NCBI GenBank assembly: GCA_050742615.1
Contig: JBOIGD010000105.1
Location: 1-50,349 of the forward strand
Reading direction: 5' to 3'
From: Casimicrobiaceae bacterium
GTDB taxonomy: Bacteria; Pseudomonadota; Gammaproteobacteria; Burkholderiales; Casimicrobiaceae
Length of the DNA stretch: 50,349 nucleotides
The notes below the pieces were generated by a model. The model made no database searches and was not told the DNA's origin. It saw only the letters and a list, made by a program, of their open reading frames with translations. Positions 27,739-35,923 of this stretch are shown here, piece after piece. A program made the position numbers and the translations under genes. Positions within the stretch are counted from its first letter, which is position 1. The number at the start of each line of letters is the position of its first letter.

Positions 27739-28656
27739 CTACAACGTTGCCACCACCTTTTGCGTCTGCGCATTCTCCTGCTGTTGCAAGGCGAAGATAG
27801 AGGTATAGCCGTGCGACCAGTCCGGTGGCACTTCGCACGCTTCCGGGTCGATATGCGCGTAACGCGCCGGCTTGCCGCGAATAATGGCGCCGCCGTATTT
27901 CTTTGAGGGAATGGGGTTAGGCGTGTAGGGGAACGCGTCGGCCGAAGTCAGGGTATAGAGAAGCAGCGGTCTGCCGTGGTCGGAGGTATTGGCTGGTGAC
28001 CCGTGCAGCGTGCGGCAATTGTGGATGGTCACCGAACCGGCCGGGCCTACCATGTACTTCGCCTTGCTCAGATCGATCTCGGCCACATCGTTTTCCGACA
28101 GGCAGCCTAGCCACCGGCCCTTGTCGTCGTATTGCGTCGGCATCTTCCAGCGATGACTGCCGGGCAGGAATCCCACCGGCCCCTGATCCATCTCGCAATC
28201 GTAGAGGTAGGTCCCGATCGTCAGCGGCGAGTAATTGGAGTGCGGCCAGAAGGAAATGTCGTAGTGCCATTTGACCTCCGCCCCACCTCTTGCCCATTTG
28301 AAGTTGAGCTTGGATTGGTGATATTTGACGTCCGGTCCGACGAGGTCCGCGACAATATCGCCCAGGGGCGATTGCGAGACGTAATCCCAGAACACCTGAT
28401 GCTCGTCGACCGGGCTCGATACACGGCGCAGGCGCGGATTCGTCGGCGTATGATCCGGCTCGAGATCGAATACCGCATCGGATTTCGTCACTTTGCGGCT
28501 CCTCTCCACAAGCTCCTCCGTAGCGGCGCGGAGCTGCCGAAGCCGTTCTTCCGGAACGATCTTCTGCAACAGGATAAAGCCATCGTCGAAATACGCTTCG
28601 CGCTGCTTTTGCGTGAGCACATTGGGGGAAAGCGCCAGAATCTGCTCAGGTGTCAT
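27739..28656 (-). CDS. Phytanoyl-CoA dioxygenase (PhyH) family Fe(II)/2-oxoglutarate dioxygenase, second copy
   Basis: LTQKQREAYFDDGFILLQKIVPEE opening, WHYDISFW (HxD) and a distal TIHNCRTLHGSPAN. Same family as 22173-23033 but clearly diverged. Confidence 0.8.
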   Translation of the reverse strand: MTPEQILALSPNVLTQKQREAYFDDGFILLQKIVPEERLRQLRAATEELVERSRKVTKSDAVFDLEPDHTPTNPRLRRVSSPVDEHQVFWDYVSQSPLGDIVADLVGPDVKYHQSKLNFKWARGGAEVKWHYDISFWPHSNYSPLTIGTYLYDCEMDQGPVGFLPGSHRWKMPTQYDDKGRWLGCLSENDVAEIDLSKAKYMVGPAGSVTIHNCRTLHGSPANTSDHGRPLLLYTLTSADAFPYTPNPIPSKKYGGAIIRGKPARYAHIDPEACEVPPDWSHGYTSIFALQQQENAQTQKVVATL

Positions 28657-28704
28657 GATCCGTTCCTCGCGAGAAATTGCCGTGTCGCCGCCCGCGCCGA
28701 TCCA

Positions 28705-29451
28705 TCAGCTATCAGTTCCGACGGTAGCGCGGGTGAATTGCTCGATGCTGTCGATCAACCTGTCCAAGGCCTTGGCGGCAGCGTCTTCTTCGCCCTTGGA
28801 TATGGCGCGCGCAATATCCGCGTGCAGTTTGGCAGTCAGCGGCATGTCGGCCGCCTGCTTGTAGTGAATGAACCAGAAGCGCCGCGACAATGAGTGCATC
28901 AGGGTCATCGCACCCGCGCAAAACTCGTTGCGGGATGCTTGCGAGCACAATTCGTTGAATTCGCGATCGATCCGCATGAACGTGGTTTCGTCGTTTGTTT
29001 TCGCAGACTGCTCGAAGATTCGTGCAATCTCCGCAAAGCGCGTGCGTTCGTCCGGAAGCGCCCGGCGCGCCGCGCTTCTTGCCACCAGCCGCTCGACCTC
29101 GCGACGGACCTCGAGCAGGCGCAACTGGCTCTTGACGTTGATTTCGGAGACGATTATGCCGCGCCGTGGCAGGATCGTTATCAGCCGTTCGCGGGCAAGC
29201 CGATGCAAGGCCTCTCGAATGGGGGTGCGCCCGATCCCCAACGCTTGACTCAGCCTGGCCTCGGACACTGCCGTTCCCGGATGCAGCTTGAGCGTGACGA
29301 TCATCTCTTCCAGGATCGAATACGCCTGATCGGTCAGGCTGCGCTCGTTATCGTGAAGCAATGTGGCGTCGATTGCACTGGCGACCTCGTGGGCGACGAC
29401 CTTTTCGCTCCGGTTCATCACTCGTTCCGCGGAAAGCCTGCCTGCGGTCAT
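28705..29451 (-). CDS. GntR-family transcriptional regulator (FadR/FCD subfamily)
   Basis: Winged-helix segment LTDQAYSILEEMIVTLKLHPGTAVSEARLSQALGIGRTPIREALHRLARERLITILPRRG, followed by a helical FCD-like C-terminal half. Its ATG overlaps the PanB-like stop (ATGA at 29448-29451). Confidence 0.85.
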   Translation of the reverse strand: MTAGRLSAERVMNRSEKVVAHEVASAIDATLLHDNERSLTDQAYSILEEMIVTLKLHPGTAVSEARLSQALGIGRTPIREALHRLARERLITILPRRGIIVSEINVKSQLRLLEVRREVERLVARSAARRALPDERTRFAEIARIFEQSAKTNDETTFMRIDREFNELCSQASRNEFCAGAMTLMHSLSRRFWFIHYKQAADMPLTAKLHADIARAISKGEEDAAAKALDRLIDSIEQFTRATVGTDS

Positions 29452-30350
29452 ACGTGCCTGCGCTTGTCGACGAGGCTCAGGAATGCTTCGTATTCCTTCG
29501 GGTCCACGCCGTAGCTGTGATCGTCGTCGGGAAACTGGCCCGATTTCACCTCTGCAACGTACTGCTTGAGACCGTTGACGGCGACCTCCGTGAGATTGGC
29601 ATAGCGCTTCGTGAACTTCGGCTTGAAATCGGTAAAGACGCCCAGCAGATCATAACTGAGGAGGATTTGTCCGTCGGTTCCCGCGCCCGCCCCGATTCCG
29701 ATCGTTGGAATCTCGAGTTGCGCAGAGATTACCTTGGCTATGGGTGCGGGCACGGCTTCAAACTCCAGCATGAAGCATCCGGCATCCTGAATCGCCAACG
29801 CATCGGTCAGGATTTTCATCGCCGCCGCTGCAGTGCGCCCCTGAATCCTGAATCCTCCAAAGACGGCGATGGTGTGGGGCGTCAGTCCGATATGCGACGC
29901 CGTTGGAATTCCGGCATCCACAAGCGCTTTCAATATGTGTCCTTGCGACTTGCCGCCTTGGGGCTTTATCGCATCGCAGGCCGCCTCCTGCATGAACCGC
30001 GTCGCGTTGCAAAGTGCGCGATCGATCGTGTTGTAGCTTTGGTAAGGCATGCACCCGAGCACGAACGTGTTAGGGGCGCCACGACGCACGGCCGCGGAGT
30101 GCAGAATCATCATATCCATGGTTGCGGGAATGGTATTGGGATGCCCATGGGCGACCATGGCCAGGCTGTCTCCGACCACCGCGACATCAACACCCGCCAT
30201 TTCCGCCCACCGCGCCGAGGTGTAGTCCGGCACGGACGTGTAGACCATCTTCTCACCGGATTGTTTGGAGTCCCGGATTTCGCCGATCGTGCGCTTCTTG
30301 CGAGCGGGTTGGTCCACGCGTGCCTCCCCGGAGCCCGTTGCGCTGCTCAT
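29448..30350 (-). CDS. panB: 3-methyl-2-oxobutanoate hydroxymethyltransferase (PanB) family protein, probably a catabolic paralog
   Basis: KMVYTSVPDYTSARWAEMAGVDVAVVGDSLAMVAHGH...TMDMMILHSAAVRRGAP...VLGCMPYQSY...IKPQGG match PanB conserved blocks. No other pantothenate genes are nearby. Confidence 0.75.
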   Translation of the reverse strand: MSSATGSGEARVDQPARKKRTIGEIRDSKQSGEKMVYTSVPDYTSARWAEMAGVDVAVVGDSLAMVAHGHPNTIPATMDMMILHSAAVRRGAPNTFVLGCMPYQSYNTIDRALCNATRFMQEAACDAIKPQGGKSQGHILKALVDAGIPTASHIGLTPHTIAVFGGFRIQGRTAAAAMKILTDALAIQDAGCFMLEFEAVPAPIAKVISAQLEIPTIGIGAGAGTDGQILLSYDLLGVFTDFKPKFTKRYANLTEVAVNGLKQYVAEVKSGQFPDDDHSYGVDPKEYEAFLSLVDKRRHV

Positions 30351-30553
30351 CGGTCGGTTCGCTCGTAATCGATAGCGTTACGCTCCTGTATGTTGAAACG
30401 ACCGTCGTAGATCGGTCGTCCAGCGGTGGTCGGGCCGGGATACTGAACGAACAGCATCTTGCCCGTCTGCCCCGGCCACCGGATGGTCTCCCAATCACGG
30501 TCGTCACGATGGACATTTTCCGCAGCGTGGTGCCTATGATTCGTTGCGTCCAA
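30347..30553 (-). CDS. Small hypothetical protein (~68 aa)
   Basis: The TTG at 30553 lies 5 nt after AAGAGGAGAAG. The ORF reads LDATNHRHHAAENVHRDDRDWETIRWPGQTGKMLFVQYPGPTTAGRPIYDGRFNIQERNAIDYERTDR. Its TGA overlaps the PanB-like ATG (ATGA at 30347-30350). It is the 3' part of the track ORF 30347-30859, whose upstream part is off-frame over the oxidoreductase gene. I recognised no family. Confidence 0.4.
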   Translation of the reverse strand: MDATNHRHHAAENVHRDDRDWETIRWPGQTGKMLFVQYPGPTTAGRPIYDGRFNIQERNAIDYERTDR

Positions 30554-30578
30554 GGACTTCTCCTCTTGGGGTTGCCGA

Positions 30579-31988
30579 CTAACCGGCCGCCGGCTGCAAT
30601 GCTTTACCTGCTTGCTCAGCTCCTCGGCGCAACGGCGCGGCGCCCAATCCGGCATGGTCCCGGTTGAGCAGCTCCCGAACGGCCGTGCCGTCGAGTTGGC
30701 GCGGCGGCAGCCCTTCGCGGATTGCCATGGCGGCTGCGTGGCCGATCGCATGACCGTAGGAAAAGCACTGTGCGGTGACGCGCGCCGATGCCATGGCCTC
30801 GTGCTGCGCCGACAGGCAACGTCCAACCGCCAGCAGCGATTCTCCGCGTTGAGGCACAAAGCATTCGTAGGGAATCTCGTAGTAGTCGTCGATCAACCAC
30901 GAAAGACGCGGCTTGGCGCCTGCATGTAATTCGATCGGCCACGCCGAGCGGGCAATGCCGGTGACGAATTTGATCCCCGCCACGACATCTTCGTTGGCGA
31001 GTGTCCGAACTCCAACGATCTGGCGGGTTTGGCGCACGCCGACCTGCACGCCGGTGTCGTTGATCCAGCTCCTTTCGCAGCCTGCGAGGTGATCGCGGAA
31101 GAAGCGCGCGTACTCAGCGGCCTGCTTGCGCCCTTCGATCTCCGCTTCCGTGAAGTCGCGCACGAAAATGGTGTTCAGCTCGCGCCCATCGGCGCCCAGG
31201 ATCCGCGTGCAGTTGCAGAGCAGCTCGCCGGGGCGCGGTGTGGGAAACAGAAAGGCCTTTGCGCGCGGCAGCTTGTAGGCACCGGAAGCGTTCAGCTCGA
31301 CGATCTTGCGGGTGACGGCATCGCCCATGATGGCATCCGGCCCGTATCTGGCGCGGAAGCGTTCCGTGTCGACCCCTTGGATGCGGAAAATCATGGTCGG
31401 ATTCTGCACGACGCCTTCATGCCCCATGGTGGTTGCAAAGCCCGCCATCGCCGAAAGATCGGCGTCGCCGGTGGCGTCTACCGTCAGTGCAGCTTCGATC
31501 GATAACTTACCCCGCTTGGTATAGGCCTGCACACCCGCTACCCGTTCGCCGCCCTCGATTAGGACCTCGGTTGCCATCGTATGAAACAGGACCCGCACAC
31601 CCGCGTCGGCGAGTAGCCCATCGGCGACGTTGCGCCAAACCAGGGGATCATGCACAAGACTGAAGGTCTTGCCATAGCGTACCGGCGGGGTAAGGCCGCC
31701 GGCGGCGGTCATTCGCTCGGCGAATTCGGCGGCAAAGCCGTGCACCAACTGCTCGGGCTTTGAATCCGCCGCTTCGCTCGCCATGAACATGCCGCAGATC
31801 GTGCCTGACATGCCGGCAACCGCCCCGCCGCCACAGAAGCCATAGCGCTCGAGCAGCGTCACCTGAAGCCCTTGGCGCGCGGCGGTAACGGCCGCAGCCA
31901 CGCCGGCCGCGCCTCCGCCCACGACCAAGACTTGCGTCGTGATCCGCTCTAGCGGGCGGTTGTCTGCAGTCAGGGCGGCGGACTTCAT
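30579..31988 (-). CDS. FAD-dependent oxidoreductase (FAD_oxidored/GIDA-like N terminus)
   Basis: VLVVGGGAAGVAAAVTAARQGLQVTLLERYGFCGGGAVAGMSGTICG is a dinucleotide-binding fold followed by the CGG motif typical of the PF12831-type family. Confidence 0.8.
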   Translation of the reverse strand: MKSAALTADNRPLERITTQVLVVGGGAAGVAAAVTAARQGLQVTLLERYGFCGGGAVAGMSGTICGMFMASEAADSKPEQLVHGFAAEFAERMTAAGGLTPPVRYGKTFSLVHDPLVWRNVADGLLADAGVRVLFHTMATEVLIEGGERVAGVQAYTKRGKLSIEAALTVDATGDADLSAMAGFATTMGHEGVVQNPTMIFRIQGVDTERFRARYGPDAIMGDAVTRKIVELNASGAYKLPRAKAFLFPTPRPGELLCNCTRILGADGRELNTIFVRDFTEAEIEGRKQAAEYARFFRDHLAGCERSWINDTGVQVGVRQTRQIVGVRTLANEDVVAGIKFVTGIARSAWPIELHAGAKPRLSWLIDDYYEIPYECFVPQRGESLLAVGRCLSAQHEAMASARVTAQCFSYGHAIGHAAAMAIREGLPPRQLDGTAVRELLNRDHAGLGAAPLRRGAEQAGKALQPAAG

Positions 31989-32139
31989 GTCGTATTCGTG
32001 AGGACGCGAGTCAATACTCTAATCTCGGCGTGCGCGCCGACGCGCGTGTGCCGCGCGACCGAGGTTCCAATTTGACAGACGGTCTAATCTACGACTAATA
32101 TATCAGTCGTCTACTAGTAAGGCAAGCTGGGGAATAGCC

Positions 32140-32970
32140 ATGATGACCGAACGCCAGCGTAAGTTCCGGGAACAGTACATCGCCGCAATCAGCCCGTTCT
32201 ACTACGGGCTCGTGCACATCGGTGTGATGTATGCGGCGGGGCTCACCGCGATCTGGTATTGCGTCAGCCGGCTCCAAGGCGCGACGTGGGAGTGGGCGCT
32301 GCTCATTCCCGTGCTGATTGCCGGAAACTTTGGCGAATGGGCACTGCACCGATACGTCATGCACCGCAAGATTGACGTGTTCGCGTTGCGCGCGGTCTAT
32401 GACCGCCATACCCGCCAGCACCACCAGTACTTCACCGACAACGACGTGACGATCGATACGACACGCGAGTTTCGCATCGTATTCTTCCCGTGGCGTGTGC
32501 TGATCGTGCTGGGCGTGTTCGGAGTCATTCTCGGCTGGGTCGCCGCCCTGCTGATCAATCCCAACGCCGGATACATCGTCTTCATCGGAATGATCGGCCA
32601 TTACGTGACTTACGAGACGTTCCACTTTTGCTGCCACGTCCACGACAACTGGTTGGTTCGCAACGTGCCGTTCATCAATACCATTCGCCGGCATCACAGC
32701 GCTCACCACAACATGGGAATCATGATGCACTTCAACATGAATCTCACATTCCCCGTTGCGGACTGGTTCTTGAACACCAGCGACCTGAACCGCGGGCTGG
32801 CCGGGCATCTTTTCAACGGCTACAACGAGACTTATATCAAGCCAGAGCTAAAGCCCGTAATGGCGCGCTTTCGTATGGGGGAGACTCAGGACAAGCGATG
32901 CACGCTCGACGGGCCGAGACTCGACCCCGAGGAGATGCGCGTCTTAGCAAGCGTCGGCAGCCACATCTAG
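32140..32970 (+). CDS. Fatty acid hydroxylase / sterol desaturase superfamily membrane protein
   Basis: Hydrophobic N-terminal half plus the three histidine boxes: HRYVMH, HTRQHHQY and RRHHSAHH. Confidence 0.8.
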   Translation: MMTERQRKFREQYIAAISPFYYGLVHIGVMYAAGLTAIWYCVSRLQGATWEWALLIPVLIAGNFGEWALHRYVMHRKIDVFALRAVYDRHTRQHHQYFTDNDVTIDTTREFRIVFFPWRVLIVLGVFGVILGWVAALLINPNAGYIVFIGMIGHYVTYETFHFCCHVHDNWLVRNVPFINTIRRHHSAHHNMGIMMHFNMNLTFPVADWFLNTSDLNRGLAGHLFNGYNETYIKPELKPVMARFRMGETQDKRCTLDGPRLDPEEMRVLASVGSHI

Positions 32971-33014
32971 TTGTGAAGCGTCAAGAGGTTGTTTGTGTTT
33001 CATTCGGACTGGAT

Positions 33015-33370
33015 TTGAGAAACTGGGAATCGCCAAACCCCCGGTTACGGGTGGATACTGGCATTCGTCGCTGGAACGACGCTCGCGGTGATTGTCGCAC
33101 GGCACGCTATTTCCGAAGCGCAGGCGGCGCCCGGCGTAACCGCGATCAATTTGTCCGTCAGCCCTGCAACTGGGGCCGCTTTGGGATGCCGACAATGATC
33201 CGCTGACCGTTACGGTAACCAACACCACGGGGCAGATCGTGCACGTTACTTCGATTTCGGTCGACAATAATGACTTGTACGACCTGGCGGTGGGACCGCC
33301 AAGCACATGCACCGTCGGTGAGACACTGCCACCGAATGGCCAATGCACGATCGTGCTGGGTATCGAGTAA
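33015..33370 (+). pseudogene. Small secreted Ig-like/beta-sandwich-type protein gene, apparently disrupted by frameshifts
   Basis: Frame 33019-33198 encodes GWILAFVAGTTLAVIVARHAISEAQAAPGVTAINLSVSPATGAALG (signal-peptide-like). Frame 33140-33370 continues WDADNDPLTVTVTNTTGQIVHVTSISVDNNDLYDLAVGPPSTCTVGETLPPNGQCTIVLGIE*. There is no in-frame start. A TTG at 33015 lies in a third frame, upstream of a C5 run (33038-33042). A hairpin terminator follows. Confidence 0.35.
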
Positions 33371-33390
33371 CCAATCCCGGTCAAACAAAA

Positions 33391-33417
33391 GCGCCCCTGC
33401 GGGGGCGGCTTTATTTT
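33391..33417. terminator. Rho-independent-type terminator hairpin, possibly bidirectional
   Basis: CGCCCC-TGCG-GGGGCG stem-loop followed by GCTTTATTTT on the plus strand. The complement is followed by TTTTGTTTG. It sits between convergent genes, the small + strand gene and the - strand sulfotransferase. Confidence 0.6.
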
Positions 33418-33628
33418 GTGCCGCGAAACACGCTTCTTTCAGTTGCTTAAAAGTGGTGACCGTTTTCGACCGAGCAATCGATCGAGCTCGCGGAAAGCCG
33501 ACATTCGGCGGCTGAGACGCGGCGGTTGGCCATGGTCCGGCCGCACGGGACGGCGGAGGAATCCCGCGCTAGGGTCGCGCTCCGCCGATCGGTCCTAGCG
33601 GTCGTCCCCGACGCGCGGGCGGCGTAGA

Positions 33629-34639
33629 TCATCCATCGCTGCCGCCCCGCCGCGAAAGGCGCCGGCGCCACGACGCGAGCAGCGTTCCCTTGCGCCGGCG
33701 GTCAAGCAGATCGTCGGCGAAACGCGAGTAGCGGACGGAGGGGCGCGGCCGCTCGGGGTCGCGCTCGAGGTAGCCGAAGCTCAGGAGCTCGGGCTTCGCG
33801 ATCTCGACGACCTCCTGCAACGCCCGCGCCGGCGCGCGCCGGTGCTTGCCGAGCGAGGTCAGCCGCACGAGCGGGGCGACACGCGATATGGCCCCCGCCG
33901 GATCCGGGGCGCCGGCGAAGCGGAGCACCCGCTCGGCGGTCGCGGCGAAGTCCGCGCATAGGTCCTCGTAGCGGACTTCCAGATAGCGCTCGCCAAGCAT
34001 CGATCCGTACGCGCGTCCCACGCGGACGGCATTGCTCCAGTGCACGGCGTTGTAGAGATGGCTGCGCCGCCGGTACGACGGCCCCGTGAGCCGCAGGCCG
34101 CGCCAGGTCGCGATCCGGTCGGTGTCGAAGTAGACCTTGCGCCAGAACGGATCGTCGGGCGCGCGGTGGTCGCAGAACGCGACGTCCCGCCCGTCGCGCA
34201 CCAAGTGCACGACGCGCAGACGGCGGAAGAGTCGCACGAGGATTGGCAGCGCGTACCCGCTCTCGCAAACCTTCCAGCCCCAGGGCGCCGTCGACGTCCG
34301 GTCGAAGCCCTCAAGATGCGCATCGAAGCATTCGCGCGCGCGCCGGCCCACGTCGCGGGTGGCACACCCGGCCGAGCGGAGCCTTGCGTAGTCCGGGTAG
34401 TAGCATCGCACCAGATGCTCGATCAGCGCGAGCACGTCGAGCGAGTCCTCAGACTCGTTGCGGTGTGCGCCCATGAAGATCCCGGCCTCGGTGAGGAGGA
34501 GCGCGAGCAGGCGGCTTCCCGAGTGCGACTTGTTATAGACGATCACCGGCCCGCTCAGCCCGGCGTACGCATCGCTGACGGCATCCAGCGTCGTCTCGTC
34601 GTTCCCAATCATGGCTATATCGAATGGCCGGTCGCGCAC
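33629..34639 (-). CDS. Sulfotransferase-family protein
   Basis: PAPS-loop-like VIVYNKSHSGSRLLALLL, PWGWKVCESGYALPILVRLFRRLRVVHLVRDGRDVAF (3'-PB-type RDxRDV), and a C-terminal YLEVRYEDL. It is homologous by eye to 13086-13769. Start GTG at 34639 or ATG at 34612. Confidence 0.7.
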   Translation of the reverse strand: MRDRPFDIAMIGNDETTLDAVSDAYAGLSGPVIVYNKSHSGSRLLALLLTEAGIFMGAHRNESEDSLDVLALIEHLVRCYYPDYARLRSAGCATRDVGRRARECFDAHLEGFDRTSTAPWGWKVCESGYALPILVRLFRRLRVVHLVRDGRDVAFCDHRAPDDPFWRKVYFDTDRIATWRGLRLTGPSYRRRSHLYNAVHWSNAVRVGRAYGSMLGERYLEVRYEDLCADFAATAERVLRFAGAPDPAGAISRVAPLVRLTSLGKHRRAPARALQEVVEIAKPELLSFGYLERDPERPRPSVRYSRFADDLLDRRRKGTLLASWRRRLSRRGGSDG

Positions 34640-34669
34640 TCTGGGCCGAGGCCGGGATTAGAATGGGTC

Positions 34670-35923
34670 ATGCAGGATCCCGCTTCCCGAACAGACTATC
34701 ATGCGCCCTCCGGCCCGCTCGCGCGGCGGCGCCTGGGAGCCGGCAAGGCGGCCGCGGCACGCTTCGCCGTCCAGCGCTTCGGGTTCGGCGGTCGGCGCGC
34801 GAGGATGTCCGTGTGGTTCCACGGCGCGAGCGACGCGCAGTTCGATGCGGCGGCCGGCGTTGTCCGCGCCGTCATGGGCGGCCGCGGCGACCTTGCGCTC
34901 GTCGTGACGGCGCGCGACGCCGCCGTGGTCGAGGTGCTACGCCGAAGGTTCCCCGACGATCTCGCGCTCGCCGCACCTTGTGGCAAAGGGGGCAGCATCG
35001 CGCGGTTTCTCGCCCGCGTGCGTCCGTGCGCGCTCGTTCTTCTCGACGATGGCCGCGGCCTTGATCCGGCGGCCCTCGCGCGGCTGCGCGCGTCGCCGCT
35101 GCCCATCGTCGCGATGGGTGACGGTGCAGGCGCTGCAGCGGCAATCGGCGCGCTGTCCGCGTCGCTGCGCGACCTTCCTCCGGCCGTGCCAGCGGGCGCG
35201 CTGGTGGGACCGGCGTGGCAGGTGCCGACGCTGCGCGACCGGGTGGGGCAGAGCCGATCGTGGAAGGCCGTGGCGCCGCTCCTTATGCTTCGCCGCATCG
35301 ACGGCTGGGAGCGTCTTCGCGAGCGCCTCTCGCGGCCGCGCTCCGTGCTCTGCCTGGGCAACGGCCCGTCGTCGGAGGATCCGCAGTTGGCGGCGGTCGG
35401 GCACGACTGTCTCATCCGGGTGAACTGGCGCTGGCGGGAGCGCGGATTTTTGGTCCGACCGAACATCGTCTTCGTTGGCGACGCGGCCACGATCCATAAG
35501 GCGCCGCCGTGCATCTTCGGCTTGTGGAGCGTGAATCTCGAGCACGCGATGCTGTTGCGGCATCTGGTCACGCACGGCCCCATCGCGATGGAGTATTTCA
35601 CCGCCGAACGGCTTTCGCCGCTGGCCGCGGAGCAGCGCTGGCAGGTGCGGCCAAGCAACGGCGCGCTCGCGATCGTCACGGCCGCGGCGCTCGCGCCGGA
35701 GCGCCTGATCATCGGTGGCATGGACCTCTTCCGGCATCCCGACGGCCGCTATCCGGGCGAAGGCAGGTCGCGCAACGAATACTCCACGGCGCACAAGCTC
35801 GAGACCGAGCTTGCCATCATTGATCTCGCGCTTCGCAACTTCCGCGGCGAAGTCGTCATCCTCAGCGGAATCCTGCGCGACCATCTCGAACACTACCGCG
35901 AGAGCACGCGTCGTGTTGCCTGA
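34670..35923 (+). CDS. Chimeric glycosyltransferase: Kdo-transferase N-terminal-domain-like region fused to a CstII/GT42-like (sialyltransferase-type) domain
   Basis: The N half, RFAVQRFGFGG...VWFHGASDAQFDAA...LVVTARD...FPDDLALAAPCGKGGSIARFLARVRPCALVLLDD...LPIVAM, parallels WaaA RWGERYGF...HSVSVGE...VTTMT...YLPYD...RFL...P.LVLIME. The C half, VLCLGNGPSSED...DCLIRVNWRW, RPSNGALAIVTAAALAPERLIIGGMDLF and YSTAHKLETELAIIDLAL, parallels CstII AGNGPSLKE...DVFRCNQFY, ITSGVYMCAVAIALGYKEIYLSGIDFY and IGHSKNTDIKALEFL. The track ORF upstream of 34670 is antisense to the sulfotransferase. Confidence 0.6.
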   Translation: MQDPASRTDYHAPSGPLARRRLGAGKAAAARFAVQRFGFGGRRARMSVWFHGASDAQFDAAAGVVRAVMGGRGDLALVVTARDAAVVEVLRRRFPDDLALAAPCGKGGSIARFLARVRPCALVLLDDGRGLDPAALARLRASPLPIVAMGDGAGAAAAIGALSASLRDLPPAVPAGALVGPAWQVPTLRDRVGQSRSWKAVAPLLMLRRIDGWERLRERLSRPRSVLCLGNGPSSEDPQLAAVGHDCLIRVNWRWRERGFLVRPNIVFVGDAATIHKAPPCIFGLWSVNLEHAMLLRHLVTHGPIAMEYFTAERLSPLAAEQRWQVRPSNGALAIVTAAALAPERLIIGGMDLFRHPDGRYPGEGRSRNEYSTAHKLETELAIIDLALRNFRGEVVILSGILRDHLEHYRESTRRVA

